The notes under the pieces were generated by a model. It saw only the letters and a program-made list of their open reading frames with translations. It made no database searches and was not told the DNA's origin. 64,000 nucleotides of DNA. Source: Bigelowiella natans CCMP2755 (Eukaryota; Protista; Cercozoa). The position numbers and the translations under genes were made by a program. Shown one piece after another: positions 60,211 through 64,000 of this stretch (position 1 is its first letter; each line of letters starts with the position of its first letter). The stretch lies in the NCBI GenBank assembly GCA_000320545.1, contig ADNK01003130.1:1-64000 (forward strand), read 5' to 3'.

Positions 60211-62859
60211 TTAACCAAAGAAGACCAGGTACGACTCCATATGGATGATTGGCGGGTAGCCGTTCCCGTCCTGGACTTCCTTATCAAAGACTGATGAGGA
60301 GGATGAGGAAACACCATCAACAATCATTGAAGTTGCGTGCCGTACAGGAGTGGATCATAGTGAAAACTAAGTATTTGATCATTTCGTAGGTTTTCGACTT
60401 CATGATTACACACACACACACACGCACACACACTCACGCATACACATAAATATTATAGAGTAAAATGTGCTCACGTGTGTGTATGGTTGTGCGTGTGCGT
60501 GCGTGTGTGTGCGCGCGCGCGTGTTGTGCGAGGATATATATGCGCTTCATTTAGCACACGTCTTCGTGCGCGAGAGGAGCACCATCATAAAATATCGGCC
60601 TAGAATGAGCTCACCGTACTCTGCTCCATCAAACAGGCTTTGGTAACCGACCCGCAGCTCCACGCCCGAATTTTTCCCATCAAACACAGTTCCCATCTGG
60701 AGCGGCACACGCCATATGGGTACATCCGAGCCTGGACACCATCCACTTCGTCCCGTCTCCCATGTCCCATACCTGATGCATCATCGGGGAGAGCGACGTT
60801 AGAAGAAACATAGAGCATATTGCAAACTCTAACGCATTGCAGGAGGACAGGGGAAGACAGAAAACAAAAAAAATAGAATCCTAAATCTCCAATCTCGCTC
60901 TTGATTTCTCTCCCAAAGTGAGCTGCCACCCACTGCTGTGCGCGGATGGTGAATCGTTCATCCTCACGCACTCTCCACCATCGTCGTTTGTGCATCATTA
61001 TATCGTAATATTCTTTTCATTACTGGTTCGGCGTTACGCCGCGATCCACGTAGGCTGCGCACCCCGTTGCGGTGCCACTATGGGGAAACGAGAGCCGTGC
61101 CTCCCCCCCCCCTCCCTTTTTCATTCCCCTGTGATGATCGCCGTCGCCATCGTCGTCGTGGGAGGCGGCAGTGACTTCGTGCCAGAATACATGCTCATGG
61201 TTGCAGAATTCCGCGCAGTTTGCAGTGTCGAAGCCCCAGCCGTGGCCTGTTACAATGGCCGCAATTTCAGCTCTCCGGAATCTCTGTAAGAAATCGCCGG
61301 GCAGCAATGGGGAAGAATGCGTGGTCGCATCCCCCCCCCCCCGCCTGACGAGGAAACGCACTTGACCTCCTCCTCCTTCGTCGTGGGGGCTTCTGCTGCT
61401 ACTCCGGAATTTGGTGGCATTGTTATCATAGATAGGAGAAAGCTGATTGAGATGTTGCGAGTGTTGTTCGGCCCAGTGTTGAAATGATCGAATGGCCCGC
61501 CTTTAAACAGAGGGATGCTAAAGAACGGTCTCTCTGTCCCCACGCTATTATGGCTCTCTTGCCCTGCCATGTTGGCACACGTCCTCGTTGTTTTTGCAGC
61601 AGCTGCACCGTGATAGTGCTCACTTGTGGAGGGAATGAGAGGAGGAGAAGGAGGAGACGCAACGGTAGAATTGCGGCTGTTTCTACCTTTCGCGCCGTTC
61701 TCTTCTCTTCCATTGTTTCTTTTGATGCCTGTACTACTACTACTACTAGAGTCATCGTAGATGTGCTCATGATCCACATCGGTTGCTGTGAGCTCCTCGC
61801 CGCTAACGAAGCCGTTTTCTTCATAACCGCGACCACCACCAATACTGCCGCTGTTGTAATTACGCGTGCGTTCGCTGCTATGCTTGCTGTTATAATCGTC
61901 TATCTGGTTGCTGCTACTGTTGTAGCCCCGAGCCCTAGTACGACTCTGGGTGCCATCCAACTCACTATTCAGACCAGTCCTCCAGATCCCTTCCCTCTCT
62001 TTCTGCTGCGCCCCCCCCTCGCCAGTGGAGAGCAGCACCCCAGCAGCGAAGTCAAACGAGGCCGCCGGGTGGGTTGTTGTCTTGACGCTGCCGCCGAAAT
62101 CGTCTTCTATGAAAGGAGGTTGCTGGCGGGGAGACGTGGGAGAGACAGAAGCAGCATCAGCACCTTCCAGCTCTTGCTCACGATACGGCCGAGGAGGAGG
62201 AGGAGGAGGAGGAGCCCCTTCAAGAGAAGAAGAGGTGGTTGAAGACAGCAAGCCATAGGGAGTCGCCGGCGGGATGAGTCGGCTATTTGATAGCAGCAGC
62301 GAGAGCGACACGTCGTGATCCACAACAATCCCTACGTGTTTTGAGATGGCAATTATGCTGATAGTAGTGATTGGCGGCTGTTGTTGTTGTTGTTGTTGTT
62401 GTTGCTGTTGTTGTTATTGTTGCTATTCTCAATAATATCACCAAAATCGTAATCAAGCATTAACCCGCTACACCCATCACCGCCACCGCCCCCCCCCCCA
62501 CCTCTACCGCGCGAATATCAAAAAGCAACAACGACTGAAAAGGCAGCAGCAGCAGCGGCAGCAGCAGCGACCATCAACAGTCGTCAGCCTGAAACGCACA
62601 CTTGGCCCGCACTGAAGGATGATAGGCAGCATGGGAGAGATGTCTGTGACCCATCTCCCTTCGCTCGCATAAGGAGTCACCCATCGAGAGATCTGGTAGT
62701 CCTTCATTCCATCCTGCTGCGCACGTATTCTTGGAGGAGGAGGAGGAGGAGGAGAGGGGGGAGAGAGAGAGGAAGTGATGAGCAAAGGGAGAGGAGAGGA
62801 TCGTCACATTTTTAGGAGAGGATTTTGTCTGCGTTGAGACCGTCTAATAGGCTTCCTCA

Positions 62860-62891
<32 letters not shown>

Positions 62892-63504
62892 ATGCTGCTG
62901 CTACTACTATTACCACTACTACTTACCATCTACTTTCTTACTCTATGAAGTAGTATCATCGACATAAAGTTGCAAATTCAGATACTCGTCGTTGTTACGG
63001 GGGGATAGCATTGCTAGCATACCGGAGTTCCTCCGTCTTATTCTTGGCCTTGATCGCCTTCTCAGCGACTGGATCCAGAGCATCTTTCTCCTTGGCTTCC
63101 TGTGCGGGCGCTACGAAGAGATGAAGCAGATGGTCCCATTCTCCGCAATTCTGTCGCAATCGACCGCGGCACTAAATATTCATGATCAACAGCAGTGTTA
63201 CCATCCCAGTAAACACGTTTGACGTGTTTGTAGGCTGCTGCTGCTACTTATACTTGTGTTACTTGTGCTTTTGCTTACGATTAGGAGCATTACCTGTAGA
63301 TGCAGATCAACGTGCAAGCGTGCGAACGATCCAAAGCTCTTCGGTAGGGTCAGGACGGTATCCACCCGCCGCCCTAGATGGTGCTCAGAGGCATCGAAGA
63401 TACGCAGAAGGTCGGAGGAGGGAGTGGTAGGGGAGGGGGGGGAGGGGGGGATCCGCTTTGGGGGGAGGGTATTTCTTGCTGAATGCGCGAAAGTTTGGGC
63501 GTGA

Positions 63505-63539
<35 letters not shown>

Positions 63540-64000
63540 GGTGTGTGGAAGAGGGTGTCCTCCCTCCTCGCTGCGACCGCCCCGGAGTATTGTTACGTTT
63601 TGCGCCAGGCGATACTCATAGTTATAGCTGCAATAAAAGAGAAGCAATGGGTGATGATGATTCGATGATATGATTGTGATGATAATGATAATGATAATGA
63701 TGATGATGATGATACTGCTAGTGGTGGAGGAGGGCGAGGGGTGGGAGGGGGGGGGGACGTAAAAATTGGCGTCGGTACCGAAGATATTTTCAGGAGGTGT
63801 AGTAACCCACATCATCATCATCATCATCATCATCACCATCATTGTTATCATCGTTACCACCATCATAATTTACTACTTTTATGGTAAATAGTAGTACTGT
63901 TCTAATTCGTTGACTGCGTCATGCAGAGACGCCAGCTGAAACGCCCCGACGGTGCGCACGCGACCGAAGGCATCGATTCCTAGCAGCAGCACAGAGAAGA
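60211..64000 (-). CDS. Peptide-N-glycosidase F (PNGase F)-like protein; 5' part lies beyond the window
   Basis: CGEWDH (~63140), ISRWVTPY..GRWVTDISP, PLFKGG, IVTGHGWG..NCAEFCNHEHVF, GVTPN and YGTWETGRSGWCPGSDV; stop TAA at 60211. Confidence 0.85.

Noticed and set aside
61484-62242. 252-aa plus-strand ORF
   Set aside because: Antisense shadow of a low-complexity exon of the PNGase F-like gene.

Overview
This is intron-rich eukaryotic nuclear DNA from a protist or alga. Bipartite-looking N-terminal targeting peptides and the intron style suggest a chlorarachniophyte-like organism, but that cannot be verified here. The window holds about 16 spliced or intronless protein genes: PrpE/ApaH-like phosphatase, PAT1, TRM13, an EF-hand protein, a PhyH dioxygenase, a lectin/Cys-rich surface protein, sulfiredoxin, a Uup-like ABC-F, an NBR1-like PB1-FW-FW protein, an EF-hand coiled-coil protein, a 6TM channel, G-alpha, a PNGase F-like protein and hypotheticals. 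It also has one dispersed 5S rRNA gene, a decayed LINE and many intronic microsatellites. Most genes sit in head-to-head pairs. The main signal is that the spacers between pairs, mostly at converging 3' ends and containing TE relics, have lost nearly all TpA dinucleotides to TpG/CpA. About 1.37 kb of the LINE RT (58114-59484) has no TA by manual scan. Conserved RT tyrosines appear as Cys/His, tandem-repeat copies show TA, TG and CA at the same site, and surviving TAs are mostly in CTAG. This looks like a targeted A:T->G:C hypermutation or base-modification system acting in the opposite direction to fungal RIP. Splice models and counts were made by eye, so coordinates of multi-exon genes are approximate.
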